Notes: generated by a model not told the origin, from the sequence alone. A DNA stretch of 32,000 bases from Candidatus Saccharimonadota bacterium (GCA_965230905.1 OZ246396.1:90001-122000), one strand, 5' to 3'; positions 8,045 to 17,087 are shown, counted from the first letter of the stretch. Translations and numbers: made by a program.

Positions 8045-8832
8045 TAAACAGCGACTTTAAATTTAATAAAAGGATCGTGCTCATAATCGAGCAGTTCGAA
8101 GTCTTCAAATTTCAAATCCCAAAAAGGTTTTTGGGCGAGTTTGAGCTGAGGGAGTTTTTTTGGCGTGCGGAGAAGCTGTTCTTGTAGACCTTCCACGTGG
8201 TTGAGGTAAATGTGCGCGTCCCCCATGGTGTGAGTGAAAATACCGGCTTCCAAATTGCATTCCTGTGCCACCATCATCATGAGGGCGGCGTAACTGGCGA
8301 TGTTGAAAGGAACCCCGAGCGCGATGTCGGCGCTGCGTTGGTAGAGCTGGCAGTCGAGGCGGCCGTTCACCACATAAAACTGGAAGAACATGTGGCAAGG
8401 TGGCAAAGCCATTTGATCGATCTCGCCCACGTTCCACGCATTCACAATAATACGGCGGCTGTCGGGATTGGTTTTAATTAGGTCGATGGCGGCCTGGATC
8501 TGATCGATCTCGCGGCCATTCACCGCGTTCCACCTCCGCCATTGTTTTCCATACACGGGTCCCAGTTCGCCTTTTTCGTCGGCCCACGCGTCCCAGATGG
8601 GCGTGTTTTGGGTCAGATTGTCGTTTATGTTGGTGGAACCTCGGAGAAACCAGAGCAGCTCGTGTAGAACCGCGTCGAACTTCACTTTTTTAGTGGTCAG
8701 GAGCGGAAACCCCTCCCGGAGGTCATACTTGCGCTGAACTCCAAAGATGGAAAGGGTTCCCGTCCCGGTTCGGTCTTCTTTTTTCTCCCCGTTTTCGAGG
8801 ACTTCACGGACTAGTGAGAGGTATTGTTGCAT
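8044..8832 (-). CDS. thyA: thymidylate synthase (ThyA type)
   Basis: 262-aa ORF with [26 protein letters not shown], catalytic [12 protein letters not shown] and DAHIY motifs. Confidence 0.95.
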   Translation of the reverse strand: MQQYLSLVREVLENGEKKEDRTGTGTLSIFGVQRKYDLREGFPLLTTKKVKFDAVLHELLWFLRGSTNINDNLTQNTPIWDAWADEKGELGPVYGKQWRRWNAVNGREIDQIQAAIDLIKTNPDSRRIIVNAWNVGEIDQMALPPCHMFFQFYVVNGRLDCQLYQRSADIALGVPFNIASYAALMMMVAQECNLEAGIFTHTMGDAHIYLNHVEGLQEQLLRTPKKLPQLKLAQKPFWDLKFEDFELLDYEHDPFIKFKVAV

Positions 8833-8867
8833 AGCTAGTTAAGGGGATCGTCCTTAATCTAGCATCT

Positions 8868-9509
8868 CTACCTGTATTCAGCCAGACCAGCTCGAACCAG
8901 CACGAACCCCGTGGTGGTAAACTCATGGCAGCCTTTGTAATCCTGGGAAATGGCTGCTAAAAATTTTGACCTGAAGGGTTCCGACGCTTGCTCAAAAAAT
9001 GGCACCATCAACTGCAAGTCTTCTTCTTTATCCGCCTGGGTCACATGACCAGGAGTGAGGGTACGGGTGTGCCATAAAAATTGAGAGTCTGGTAGCACAA
9101 GGCGTCTAGCCCCTTTCATCCACGTATAAGCACCCCCACTTCTGACATGCTCCTCGGCGGAAGTTTCGACTTCCGCTCCATTTTGTTTAAACTCTTCAAG
9201 GGTTCTCCTGAAATCCATAACCATGGTTCGATCCCCTTCTCCATTATTTATTGAAAGCTCCACCTCCTCTTTGAAAGAAAGCAGTTTTTCAAGGAGCTCT
9301 CGATCCACCCCCATTTGTAACAAAGCTTGGCGTTGAGCCCTTATGTATGCTTCGGGGTCGCCTTCTCTAATGGATTTTTGAAGTATTCCCAAGCTACAAA
9401 AGGCCTCGCCACTAAACGAGTGTCTGCTTGACTGGGTTCTGAGTGAGAAACGTGCCGGCATGGGCTCGCCGTAGCGGAGCGCGCCATCGATGCGACCTGT
9501 GAGAAGCAT
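8868..9509 (-). CDS. hypothetical protein, 213 aa, no family recognised
   Basis: Intact ORF ending 35 nt upstream of thyA on the same strand. Confidence 0.5.
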   Translation of the reverse strand: MLLTGRIDGALRYGEPMPARFSLRTQSSRHSFSGEAFCSLGILQKSIREGDPEAYIRAQRQALLQMGVDRELLEKLLSFKEEVELSINNGEGDRTMVMDFRRTLEEFKQNGAEVETSAEEHVRSGGAYTWMKGARRLVLPDSQFLWHTRTLTPGHVTQADKEEDLQLMVPFFEQASEPFRSKFLAAISQDYKGCHEFTTTGFVLVRAGLAEYR

Positions 9510-9558
9510 AAAATTTTACGGTAGAGAGTATTTATAGCATAAGAGTATACTACGGTCT

Positions 9559-10683
9559 ATGGAACCTCTTGCAGCTAAAATTAGGCCGGCGACTTTGGAC
9601 GCGTATATGGGCCAGGAACACCTGGTGGGCCCGGGCAAACCGCTGCGCGTGGCAATGGAACAGCAACATCGTTTTTCCTTTATTTTGTGGGGGCCGCCGG
9701 GCGTGGGAAAAACCACCTTGGCACGCATGTACGCCAAAAGTTTGGATGCGGAACTCTTTGAGCTTTCGGCGGTTTCGGCCGGCAAGGCGGATATTAAAGC
9801 CATTGTGGACCAGCAGTTTTTTGGACGGCCCAAGGTTTTGTTTTTGGATGAAATCCACCGCTTCAACAAGGCTCAGCAGGATTATTTACTCCCGCACGTG
9901 GAAAGCGGCGAGTTGACGCTGATTGGTGCGACCACGGAGAATCCGAGTTTTGAAATCATTCCGGCGCTGCTCTCCCGCTGCCGCGTGTTTGTGCTAAATT
10001 CGCTGACCGAAAAAGAGATGGCGAAAATTCTGGATCAGACGGGAATTAAGATGAACAAGGAGGCAAAAGAATGGCTCATTCAAATGGCAAACGGCGATGC
10101 ACGTCAGGCGCTCACCTTGGTGGAAAACACTTCGCAGCTCTACGAAAAAGTCACACTGGAAAACTTGAAGAACGCGATGCAATCTAAGTTTTTGCGCTAC
10201 GACAAAAAAGGCGAAGAGCATTTTGATGTGATCAGTGCGTTTATAAAAAGTATGCGCGCCAGCCAACCGGACGCGGCGCTGTATTACATGGCGCGGATGA
10301 TCGGCGGCGGCGAAGATCCTAAATTCCTTGCGCGGCGCATGGTGATTTTTGCGAGTGAAGACATTGGCATGGCTATGCCCACGGCGCTGGTGGTGGCCAA
10401 TGAAGTATTCCGCGCCGTCGAAATCATTGGGCTGCCGGAATGCGCCATCAACCTGGCGCACGGTGTGATTTATCTTTCCCAATGTAAAAAAGACCGCAGC
10501 GTGGTGAATGCACTGGGCCTGGCGATGGCAGATATAAAACTGCACGGCAACTTGCCCGTGCCGCTCAAACTTCGCAACGCACCAACTAAGCTCATGAAAG
10601 GCCTGGGCTACGGCGATGGCTATGAGAAATACAGCAAAGAAGATTTGATGCCGGAGAAACTTAAGGCAAAAAAATATCTGTAA
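9559..10683 (+). CDS. rarA: replication-associated recombination protein A (AAA+ ATPase RarA/MgsA)
   Basis: [22 protein letters not shown], Walker [12 protein letters not shown], Walker [12 protein letters not shown], and a C-terminal MgsA region ([18 protein letters not shown]). A TATACT hexamer (9546-9551) ends 7 nt before the ATG. Confidence 0.9.
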   Translation: MEPLAAKIRPATLDAYMGQEHLVGPGKPLRVAMEQQHRFSFILWGPPGVGKTTLARMYAKSLDAELFELSAVSAGKADIKAIVDQQFFGRPKVLFLDEIHRFNKAQQDYLLPHVESGELTLIGATTENPSFEIIPALLSRCRVFVLNSLTEKEMAKILDQTGIKMNKEAKEWLIQMANGDARQALTLVENTSQLYEKVTLENLKNAMQSKFLRYDKKGEEHFDVISAFIKSMRASQPDAALYYMARMIGGGEDPKFLARRMVIFASEDIGMAMPTALVVANEVFRAVEIIGLPECAINLAHGVIYLSQCKKDRSVVNALGLAMADIKLHGNLPVPLKLRNAPTKLMKGLGYGDGYEKYSKEDLMPEKLKAKKYL

Positions 10684-10685
10684 AT

Positions 10686-11897
10686 ATGAATAGCCAAGAT
10701 TTCGTTTTACTTGAGTCCGGGAAGGAATTCTTTACTGACTTTTTCGACGAATTAGAAAAGGCTAAAGAGTGTGTCCTCATTAAACAATTTCTGTGGAGAA
10801 ACGATGGTACCGGGCAGAAAGTCGCAGCGGCTCTGCTCAAGTGCATGCAACGCGGAGTGAGGGTTACAGTGATCAAAGACCGGCTAGGCGCTTTTTATGA
10901 ATATGGCGAGGGTCATGGCCAAAGTTTTTTCCACGATGAGCCTATGAAGGACACACTTTTTTCAACTCATTCCTTGGCGACGGTTTATTTTCAAGCGCGA
11001 TTTTTCTTTTCAAAATTTTATAGGAATGCAGTTTCCAGCCAAAGTAAAAATCCCCTACGTGAAGCCTTTATTCAGCATCCAAATGCGCGCGTCGTTGATT
11101 CTTATAAACTCTACGACCATTCCAAAATTGTAGTGATCGATGGAGGGCTCGCCTACATTGGCGGCGTAGGTTTTGCCGATGAATTTGGCGAAGGACAGGA
11201 TCATTGGTGCGACTATATGTTAAAGATTAAGGATCCGCTCATGACGCAGAACCTCATTGAAACCTTGGCGGATTTGGAACCTTTACCTACAAAGGAAAAT
11301 CGTTTTTATACCGAAGCTCACCAGCCAATTTTGGATGCCATTCACATCTGTTCCAAGGAACTGATCATCGAGATGCCCTTTCTTGGTAATCCAAGTTATA
11401 TCGAGGCGCTAGCGGCTGCTACCAAACGAGGTGTTCAGGTGCATTTGCACGTTCCGGAGCGAGCCAGCTCCCACCATTATCGCAATCTCCATTTCTTAAA
11501 AACCTTGCTCCGTCGTTCTAAAAATAGTTCCAATATGCATCTCACGTTTTCATCGCAGATGTTACATGGAAAAACCATTATTTGTGACGGCTCAGTGGCT
11601 TTTTTTGGCTCGCATAACTTGAATATGGATCAACGCGTGGTACGGGAAATTACTTTAGAAAGTCGTGCCCCCCTCTTGATAGAAACTCTTTTGAAGCGTC
11701 TTAAACAAAATAGCTCCAGGGGAAAAACATTTACGTCTGTTTCCAGCTGGGTGCAAATAATTTTGCCTTCACGGCTTGAGTATCTTTCTGTGAAGCTTCA
11801 AACCGTCAGCAGTCGCTGGCGTGCTCATTCCATTGCTCGCGCCAGGCAGCAGAGTCAGGAGTTTATTCTGATTCACAAAGCTGAAGCGGTGTTGTAA
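10686..11897 (+). CDS. phospholipase D-family protein with two HKD motifs (ClsB-like cardiolipin synthase candidate)
   Basis: HKD motif 1 is HSKIVVIDGGLAYIGGVGF. HKD motif 2 is HGKTIICDGSVAFFGSHNL. No N-terminal TM helices. It starts 2 nt after the rarA stop. Confidence 0.75.
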   Translation: MNSQDFVLLESGKEFFTDFFDELEKAKECVLIKQFLWRNDGTGQKVAAALLKCMQRGVRVTVIKDRLGAFYEYGEGHGQSFFHDEPMKDTLFSTHSLATVYFQARFFFSKFYRNAVSSQSKNPLREAFIQHPNARVVDSYKLYDHSKIVVIDGGLAYIGGVGFADEFGEGQDHWCDYMLKIKDPLMTQNLIETLADLEPLPTKENRFYTEAHQPILDAIHICSKELIIEMPFLGNPSYIEALAAATKRGVQVHLHVPERASSHHYRNLHFLKTLLRRSKNSSNMHLTFSSQMLHGKTIICDGSVAFFGSHNLNMDQRVVREITLESRAPLLIETLLKRLKQNSSRGKTFTSVSSWVQIILPSRLEYLSVKLQTVSSRWRAHSIARARQQSQEFILIHKAEAVL

Positions 11898-11922
11898 GAT
11901 GGCGGCATCCTCACCCTTTGGC

Positions 11923-12945
11923 ATGAAACGAATTTTCGCTTTTATATTTTTTCTTGTACTTACTGGCTGCCAAACCACGCCCGAAGATGACGTGCTTTTG
12001 CAAAACCCTGTCACGGAGCCTGAAACAGAACTTGAAACGGAGGAAAGTACTATGCCCGAAATGCTCGATATTGGCGTCAACGATTTTGAACCACCCTCTG
12101 ATGTGGAGCGTGGGATGGGTGACGCGGGACCTTATGAAATGCGCCTGCTCAGTGCTCACTCGGAGGATGGTATCACTTGGGAACGCGACAGCGTGATTAT
12201 TTCGGAGCAAGCCAATGTGCCTGACATGATGGTGACGGAAGATGGAACGATTTTTCTTTACTATGTGGGCGGCAATATTCAAGCTATGGATGAAACCCTA
12301 GCGGCAGCGGTTTCACAGGACGGTGGTGAAACGTGGACTTTTAAAAAAGTTGCTATAAATGGATTCACTCAGACACACGCCACTCCTGGTGATCCTGATA
12401 TCGCCCTCCGTGATGACGGGACTTTTAGGCTCTACTTCACCTCACACATCAAAGGCGATAAGATGCCCAGCATCCAATATGCGGATTCCACGGATGGACT
12501 CAATTTTACGTACGGCGGCAAAGCTTTTTCTGCAGAGGGCTACATGACCATCGACTCTTCCGCGTTTTACATCAACGGCCAATGGATGATGAATACGTTC
12601 AGTGGTTTTGGTACTGAAGTTATCACGGGCAGTTCAAATGACGATGGCGACACCTTTGACTTTGTGCAAGCTGAAAATGTGACGTACAAGAAGCAAGCTT
12701 ACTTCCTTTCCAATCCCTTATCGCTTGAGGATGGTTCGGTACGTTTTTATTCCTTCCAATTGCATCCCAGCGGCTTCCGATCTTTCATCACCACCGACGG
12801 TTTAACGTGGGCGGATGAAGGCCGCGTGTACCTAGAATATAAAGAAGGCGAAAACGAGCTTGAAGGCTATTACATCAAAGACCCTGTGGTCGTACAACTG
12901 CCCGACGACACGTATTTGATGGTGTATGTGACTCGTGCACCTTGA
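11923..12945 (+). CDS. BNR/Asp-box repeat lipoprotein (sialidase-like beta-propeller fold)
   Basis: Lipoprotein signal MKRIFAFIFFLVLTGC (lipobox LTGC). Four Asp-box-like motifs: SEDGITW, SQDGGETW, STDGLNF, TTDGLTW. The start could also be the upstream ATG at 11899. Confidence 0.65.
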   Translation: MKRIFAFIFFLVLTGCQTTPEDDVLLQNPVTEPETELETEESTMPEMLDIGVNDFEPPSDVERGMGDAGPYEMRLLSAHSEDGITWERDSVIISEQANVPDMMVTEDGTIFLYYVGGNIQAMDETLAAAVSQDGGETWTFKKVAINGFTQTHATPGDPDIALRDDGTFRLYFTSHIKGDKMPSIQYADSTDGLNFTYGGKAFSAEGYMTIDSSAFYINGQWMMNTFSGFGTEVITGSSNDDGDTFDFVQAENVTYKKQAYFLSNPLSLEDGSVRFYSFQLHPSGFRSFITTDGLTWADEGRVYLEYKEGENELEGYYIKDPVVVQLPDDTYLMVYVTRAP

Positions 12946-12947
12946 GC

Positions 12948-13514
12948 TTACTGACAGGTTTTGTCAGCTGAGTAGGTTTCTGGAATGTAGTATTCGTCAC
13001 ATTTTTCTTTTACCCATTTCCCGAAATTGACGTAACGAAGGAGCTTGCCTTCCCCACTGCCCGCACCGGAATCATCCACAATATCTAAAACCAGAGATTC
13101 TTCGGTTATAAATAAATTCACGGGATTGAAATCTTCGTCAGGAATGGTGAAAAAAACTTCCCATTCGGATCCTTCTTCTTTACTTAGAAGTCCGGCCCAG
13201 GCCGAGTTTCCCTCACCTTCCCAGTCACGCACTTCTTGCAACGCATTCCAGCTGTTTGGTTGGCTCACAAAAGCATAGCTCATGTCGCCCCCCTTTTGGC
13301 ACGCCGTGATTTGATTGGGATTCAGTTTCTCAGGCAGTTGCTCTTCCACTTCACGCTGTACTTCGGCGAGTGAACAGTCGGTCCAGTCGTCGTTGGTCAG
13401 CGTTTCAACCGGCTCCACCGTGGGTTCTTCCACAATCGGTCCTGGAGCGGGCGTTTCACTGGAACAGGCGGTTAACAGGAGAGTTGCGAGAAAAAGAGAG
13501 AAGAGTTTGTTCAT
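12948..13514 (-). CDS. putative lipoprotein, 188 aa
   Basis: Signal peptide with lipobox (MNKLFSLFLATLLLTAC). Acidic mature protein. TACACT (13521-13526, minus strand) ends 6 nt upstream of the ATG. Confidence 0.6.
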   Translation of the reverse strand: MNKLFSLFLATLLLTACSSETPAPGPIVEEPTVEPVETLTNDDWTDCSLAEVQREVEEQLPEKLNPNQITACQKGGDMSYAFVSQPNSWNALQEVRDWEGEGNSAWAGLLSKEEGSEWEVFFTIPDEDFNPVNLFITEESLVLDIVDDSGAGSGEGKLLRYVNFGKWVKEKCDEYYIPETYSADKTCQ

Positions 13515-13564
13515 AATAGTAGTGTATTTGGAATTCTCTGTTAAGTATAGTATATTCTCCGCTT

Positions 13565-14404
13565 ATGCAATTGAACGAAAACACCATTTTCATTTTGGAC
13601 TGTGACAACACGCTGTGGCGTTGGATCCAGTATGCAGGTCCTGCTTATAAGGCTATGTGCAAGGTCTTAAGTGGAATTGCCGGGAAAGAATTTCTGGAAA
13701 CTGCCGCAGCAATGAAAACTTTTTATACGAGTGTAGGAACCCTCGAACATGAAGGCCTCGTGCAAGGATTGCAAAAAGCGGGTTTCTTCAAACACCTTCC
13801 TCATTTTAACTTAAGGGAGACCATTTTATTGGCTCAAGCCGCTTTCAGTGAGGAGCGGGATCGTCATTTTAAAGTTTTTGATGGAATAACTGAAATGGTG
13901 CGCGAACTTCAAGCCTTGGACGTGCGGCTACTCCTACTAACCGATGCCACCAGATATCAAGCAATGCGACGGCTGGCACGATCCCGCTTAGAGGGTTTTG
14001 AGAAAATGTACTGCATGCCTGCCCCCGTTTTCGAGCAAATGCCTGAGGATTTTGGCGCTACCGGACGTTTGCCATCCATTCCTTACGAAGAACTTCCTGA
14101 GGAAAAACCACATACCGACCTTGAAAGGATACTTGGATTAACACGGGCAGAAATTCAGGAGCGTGTGGTTATTGCGGGAGATAGTGTTAAGAAAGATGTG
14201 GCGCTTGCGGAGAGATTTGAGTGCCTAGTTGCTCACGCCGCCTACGGCTTGGCCAGTGAAGAAGATATTGACGCCATTCGTGATTTTGCACCAGATGACG
14301 TGGCAAATCGAAACACCGTTACGGCGAGCACGGCAAGTAGCTACCATCGAATGGTGACTGCCAATCACCCTTCTGAAATACTAGCGAAGGTGCGAGCGGC
14401 ATAG
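13565..14404 (+). CDS. HAD-superfamily hydrolase
   Basis: Motif I FILDCDNTLW (DxDxT), motif II LLLLTDA, motif IV GDSVKKDV. Confidence 0.7.
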   Translation: MQLNENTIFILDCDNTLWRWIQYAGPAYKAMCKVLSGIAGKEFLETAAAMKTFYTSVGTLEHEGLVQGLQKAGFFKHLPHFNLRETILLAQAAFSEERDRHFKVFDGITEMVRELQALDVRLLLLTDATRYQAMRRLARSRLEGFEKMYCMPAPVFEQMPEDFGATGRLPSIPYEELPEEKPHTDLERILGLTRAEIQERVVIAGDSVKKDVALAERFECLVAHAAYGLASEEDIDAIRDFAPDDVANRNTVTASTASSYHRMVTANHPSEILAKVRAA

Positions 14405-14417
14405 TGGGTTTGGAGTT

Positions 14418-15302
14418 CTATTGGTTCAGCTTTCTTGCCAGACATCCAACCCTGTTTCCCTCTGTCCAATATAATTCAGGTTTTGGGAAAACAAGTCTGC
14501 CGGTGGAGCTCATTACCAGAGGATTTTCCCCGTGGTAGCCAATCACATCGCCTTCATTAAACGGCTCCCAGGATTGCTTTCCCCACCCTTCTGCAAAACG
14601 AAATCCATTTGAAGTTACGATGATTTGCCCTACGAGTTCAAACACTTCCCGCTCCCGCAGCGGTGTAGGCCTAGACTCGTCACAGGTGATTTTAAGGTGA
14701 GCCATCAAGCCGCGGATATCGTCGATGACCTGATTCACCCGACTTGTATCAGATGCTTCGCCGGTTTCGTAACAAATACCAATGCCGCCGTGCGCTTCCG
14801 TGTACTCGTCCGTTGTGACGCTGGCTCCTCCTGTAACAAAGTTTGGGTCCGTTAAAACCTTGTCACAGGTGAACCATTGGACTATTTCCCGATGGCGAGG
14901 GGTGTCCAAGCAAGCCAAGAAAGGTTCGGACGGATTCGTGGTGGAATGTAAATCAACGGCCACATCACTTTGAATTAAAAAAGGTGCGATTTGGCGTGCA
15001 CGTGCATCTTCGTACGTTCCATCGGGCGGACTCTCCAGTAGATCTGTGGGGTAAGACCGATTGAGATCAGGGGAATCAGAGCTCGAGCGTTTTTGTCCGA
15101 GCGCGATGGCTCGCGGGTTTCCTAAAATCAGATTGCAGGTACCCGCTTCCATTTTCAAAACGCCTGACTCAATCATTTCTCGCAATTTCAAAACGACCTC
15201 CACTCCCGTCCGCTCGTTCCCGTGCGTTCCTCCCACAATGGTGAGAGTTTTACCCTGTTCCCTCCCGGAAACCGACCAGATGGCTTCATGTAACTCATTC
15301 AT
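14418..15302 (-). CDS. succinylglutamate desuccinylase/aspartoacylase (AstE/AspA) family zinc hydrolase
   Basis: IVGGTHGNERTG and VDLHST motifs. The 372-aa longest ORF overlaps the upstream gene by 119 nt. Homology begins near MNELHEAIW, so the start is set at ATG 15302 (alternative ATG at 15320). Confidence 0.7.
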   Translation of the reverse strand: MNELHEAIWSVSGREQGKTLTIVGGTHGNERTGVEVVLKLREMIESGVLKMEAGTCNLILGNPRAIALGQKRSSSDSPDLNRSYPTDLLESPPDGTYEDARARQIAPFLIQSDVAVDLHSTTNPSEPFLACLDTPRHREIVQWFTCDKVLTDPNFVTGGASVTTDEYTEAHGGIGICYETGEASDTSRVNQVIDDIRGLMAHLKITCDESRPTPLREREVFELVGQIIVTSNGFRFAEGWGKQSWEPFNEGDVIGYHGENPLVMSSTGRLVFPKPELYWTEGNRVGCLARKLNQ

Positions 15303-15417
15303 AGTGGTGGATCTTAGCATTTTCTGGATTCTTTGTCTAAAAAGACTCGTCTGTGACGAGGATGGAGCTCTATATGGAACGATGTGCGGAATGTGGTAGC
15401 ACTGGCTTTGCTGTGCA

Positions 15418-16143
15418 CTACGCCCATGTACCCAGAATCCCCTCTCCTTTACGTTCGTAGCTTGTACGGCAATCGCGTGCGTGAGGCAGTTGGGCATTAA
15501 GAACACCTGCATCGGCCAGGCCCCAATGCACTTCATGCAGTTGTCCTTCGTCTTTCAAGGAAACCTGTATCTCTCTCGCTATACGATAGTAAAGATCTAA
15601 GAGAGCGGCGTGCCTTTGTGTGACTCCTACAATCTGGATGAAGCCGCCTAGAGTTTCATCTGTAAAATGCCCACTGGTGATTTGGTCTCTGACTTTTGGC
15701 CACTCAGGAGCATGCTTAGCTCTTAAAGCTTGAGTGAGATCGGCTAGCACAGAAGGATCGTTTAAGACACGAGCGTATGCCAAACGTTGAGCATCCGGAG
15801 TGGTGAATACGGTGCTGGTGCTTACGTCTATCGGAACAAGACCGACCGTGCCATGCGTGTGAATAAAAGCATTGGGCAAGCCTTCCAAACCAGCGTTAAA
15901 AACGAGCGCATCTTTCTGCGGTCCATCAGGTCCTTCCATTATTTCTGCTTTTCTTCTATAACCCAAGTTGCAAGCTTCAGCTACCAGGTCTCTTGTCGCT
16001 GTGGTCAAAGACCCTTTGGAAAGGAAAGCGACTCCTTTTTGAGCTGCCAAATTTGCAATATCCGTCTGCATCACCTGTTTTAAGGTGGCTACGTCACTAA
16101 TGGAACCTTCGGGACGATGGATGAAGTGTGTCGACTCAAGCAT
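15418..16143 (-). CDS. hypothetical protein, 241 aa, no family recognised
   Basis: Intact ORF with a good upstream promoter (see 16151..16178). Confidence 0.5.
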   Translation of the reverse strand: MLESTHFIHRPEGSISDVATLKQVMQTDIANLAAQKGVAFLSKGSLTTATRDLVAEACNLGYRRKAEIMEGPDGPQKDALVFNAGLEGLPNAFIHTHGTVGLVPIDVSTSTVFTTPDAQRLAYARVLNDPSVLADLTQALRAKHAPEWPKVRDQITSGHFTDETLGGFIQIVGVTQRHAALLDLYYRIAREIQVSLKDEGQLHEVHWGLADAGVLNAQLPHARDCRTSYERKGEGILGTWA

Positions 16144-16150
16144 AGATAGT

Positions 16151-16178
16151 ATCGTACGCCAATTGTCTCGTTTGTCAA
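16151..16178 (-). promoter_or_regulatory. promoter TTGACA-16 nt-TACGAT, -10 ends 7 nt from the ATG at 16143 (leaderless-type)
   Basis: On the minus strand, TTGACA is at 16173-16178 and TACGAT at 16151-16156. Confidence 0.4.
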
Positions 16179-16218
16179 CTACGGCAGCTTAGCGTACAAG
16201 GCCATGAAAATCGTGAAT

Positions 16219-16247
16219 TTGACCTTTTTTAGGCTGAATGTTATACT
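16219..16247 (+). promoter_or_regulatory. promoter TTGACC-17 nt-TATACT upstream of ORF 16297
   Basis: Hexamers at 16219-16224 and 16242-16247 with a 17-nt spacer. Confidence 0.4.
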
Positions 16248-16296
16248 AAGACTGTAATTTTAGTTCTGTCAACTCTAACCAATTTACCCTTTCTTC

Positions 16297-16767
16297 ATGA
16301 GTACCGATTCAGTTCGTTGGCAAGATGTCTTGGATGCTAACCCGGGTTCCAGAGAGGGAGCATACAATCCTGCTAGGAAAACCCTTTTAGAACCAGGAGT
16401 ATTCGTTGATGTGCAAAGCAGACTAGTCGCAGCTGGTTGGGTACCTACCTTTATGGCAAAGATGAAAGCAGATGGAGAAAATCTTAACGCCCTTGCCCCC
16501 AGACCACCGGACGAGCGACCTGTCCGTGTCACTATTGTAGAAATTCCTGAAGAAACCAGAAATTCTGCAATGCATGGTCCCATTTTAGTTGAGGTAGAAG
16601 GCGTTCGAGGCAGGATGGATTCCAGTGTATTTTCCAACTGTATTAGTAATCCAGAGTCACATAAGTCTTTTGTATCGGCTTCGGGGGAGTCTTTGGATTT
16701 GATGGGCGATGGGACTGCCCTGCCTACGAGAGGAGAAGGCAGTCATTCTAGTTTTCATCGGCGTTAA
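16297..16767 (+). CDS. hypothetical protein, 156 aa, no family recognised
   Basis: Intact ORF, divergent from 15418..16143. It ends 30 nt before the tRNA-Gly 3' fragment copy. Confidence 0.45.
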   Translation: MSTDSVRWQDVLDANPGSREGAYNPARKTLLEPGVFVDVQSRLVAAGWVPTFMAKMKADGENLNALAPRPPDERPVRVTIVEIPEETRNSAMHGPILVEVEGVRGRMDSSVFSNCISNPESHKSFVSASGESLDLMGDGTALPTRGEGSHSSFHRR

Positions 16768-16796
16768 GCCTCTATAGGCTCGTCTTCGACGAAGGA

Positions 16797-16815
16797 TGGA
16801 GCAAGTAACGGGAGT
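16797..16815 (-). repeat. exact 19-nt copy of the tRNA-Gly 3' end (att-like direct repeat)
   Basis: TGGAGCAAGTAACGGGAGT at 16797-16815 is identical to 16975-16993. That segment covers the CCA, discriminator, 3' acceptor strand, 3' T-stem strand and 3 nt of the T-loop of the tRNA-Gly. Confidence 0.85.
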
Positions 16816-16852
16816 ATCTTCGCTACGCTCAGATGCGCCCTGCGCTCGTTCG

Positions 16853-16878
16853 GAAAAGTCTGCACGTGCAGACTTTTC
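16853..16878. repeat. 26-nt perfect palindrome GAAAAGTCTGCAC/GTGCAGACTTTTC
   Basis: The first 13 nt are the exact reverse complement of the last 13. It lies between the two 19-nt repeats. Confidence 0.85.
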
Positions 16879-16942
16879 ACTCACCTCGCTTGAGCTTCGA
16901 ACCACGGGCTTCTCATCCACTGTTCACTCTTCCAAGAGAATT

Positions 16943-16967
16943 AAAAAGCGCCCACACGGGGCGTTTT
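16943..16967 (-). terminator. candidate intrinsic terminator just downstream of tRNA-Gly
   Basis: Minus strand reads CGCCC-cgtgt-GGGCG followed by CTTTTT, beginning 11 nt after the tRNA CCA end. Confidence 0.45.
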
Positions 16968-16974
16968 CAATTCC

Positions 16975-17049
16975 TGGAGCAAGTAACGGGAGTCGAACCC
17001 GTGTCTCCGCCTTGGCAAGGCGGCATAATAGCCGTTATACGATACCTGC
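16975..17049 (-). tRNA. tRNA-Gly (anticodon GCC), CCA encoded
   Basis: The reverse complement folds as GCAGGTA-TC-GTAT-AACGGCTA-TTAT-G-CCGCC-TTGCCAA-GGCGG-AGAC-ACGGG-TTCGACT-CCCGT-TACTTGC-T-CCA. The discriminator U is as expected for bacterial tRNA-Gly. Confidence 0.9.
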
Positions 17050-17058
17050 GCAGATGGG

Positions 17059-17087
17059 AGTTTAGTCAAAAAGTGAGTTTCAAGCAA
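17059..17087 (-). promoter_or_regulatory. candidate promoter TTGCTT-17 nt-TAAACT for tRNA-Gly
   Basis: Minus-strand hexamers at 17082-17087 and 17059-17064. The -10 ends 9 nt before the mature tRNA 5' end. Confidence 0.35.

Noticed and set aside
15303-15536. N-terminal extension of the AstE/AspA-like ORF (372-aa version)
   Set aside because: The extension overlaps the upstream 241-aa gene by 119 nt and lacks homology. Family similarity begins near Met at 15302.
15418-16143. JAMM/MPN-like metalloprotease motif (IHTHGTVGLVPID) in the 241-aa protein
   Set aside because: The spacing does not fit HxHx7Sx2D (Ile replaces Ser), and no upstream catalytic Glu context is evident. The protein is left as hypothetical.
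16816-16960. Possible second (pseudo-)tRNA or tRNA-like element ending in the duplicated 19-mer
   Set aside because: I tried to fold the reverse complement. No 5' acceptor strand complements TACTTGC (the best candidate, GCGAGGT, pairs at only 5 of 7 positions). There are no D or anticodon arms. Only the 3' fragment is duplicated.
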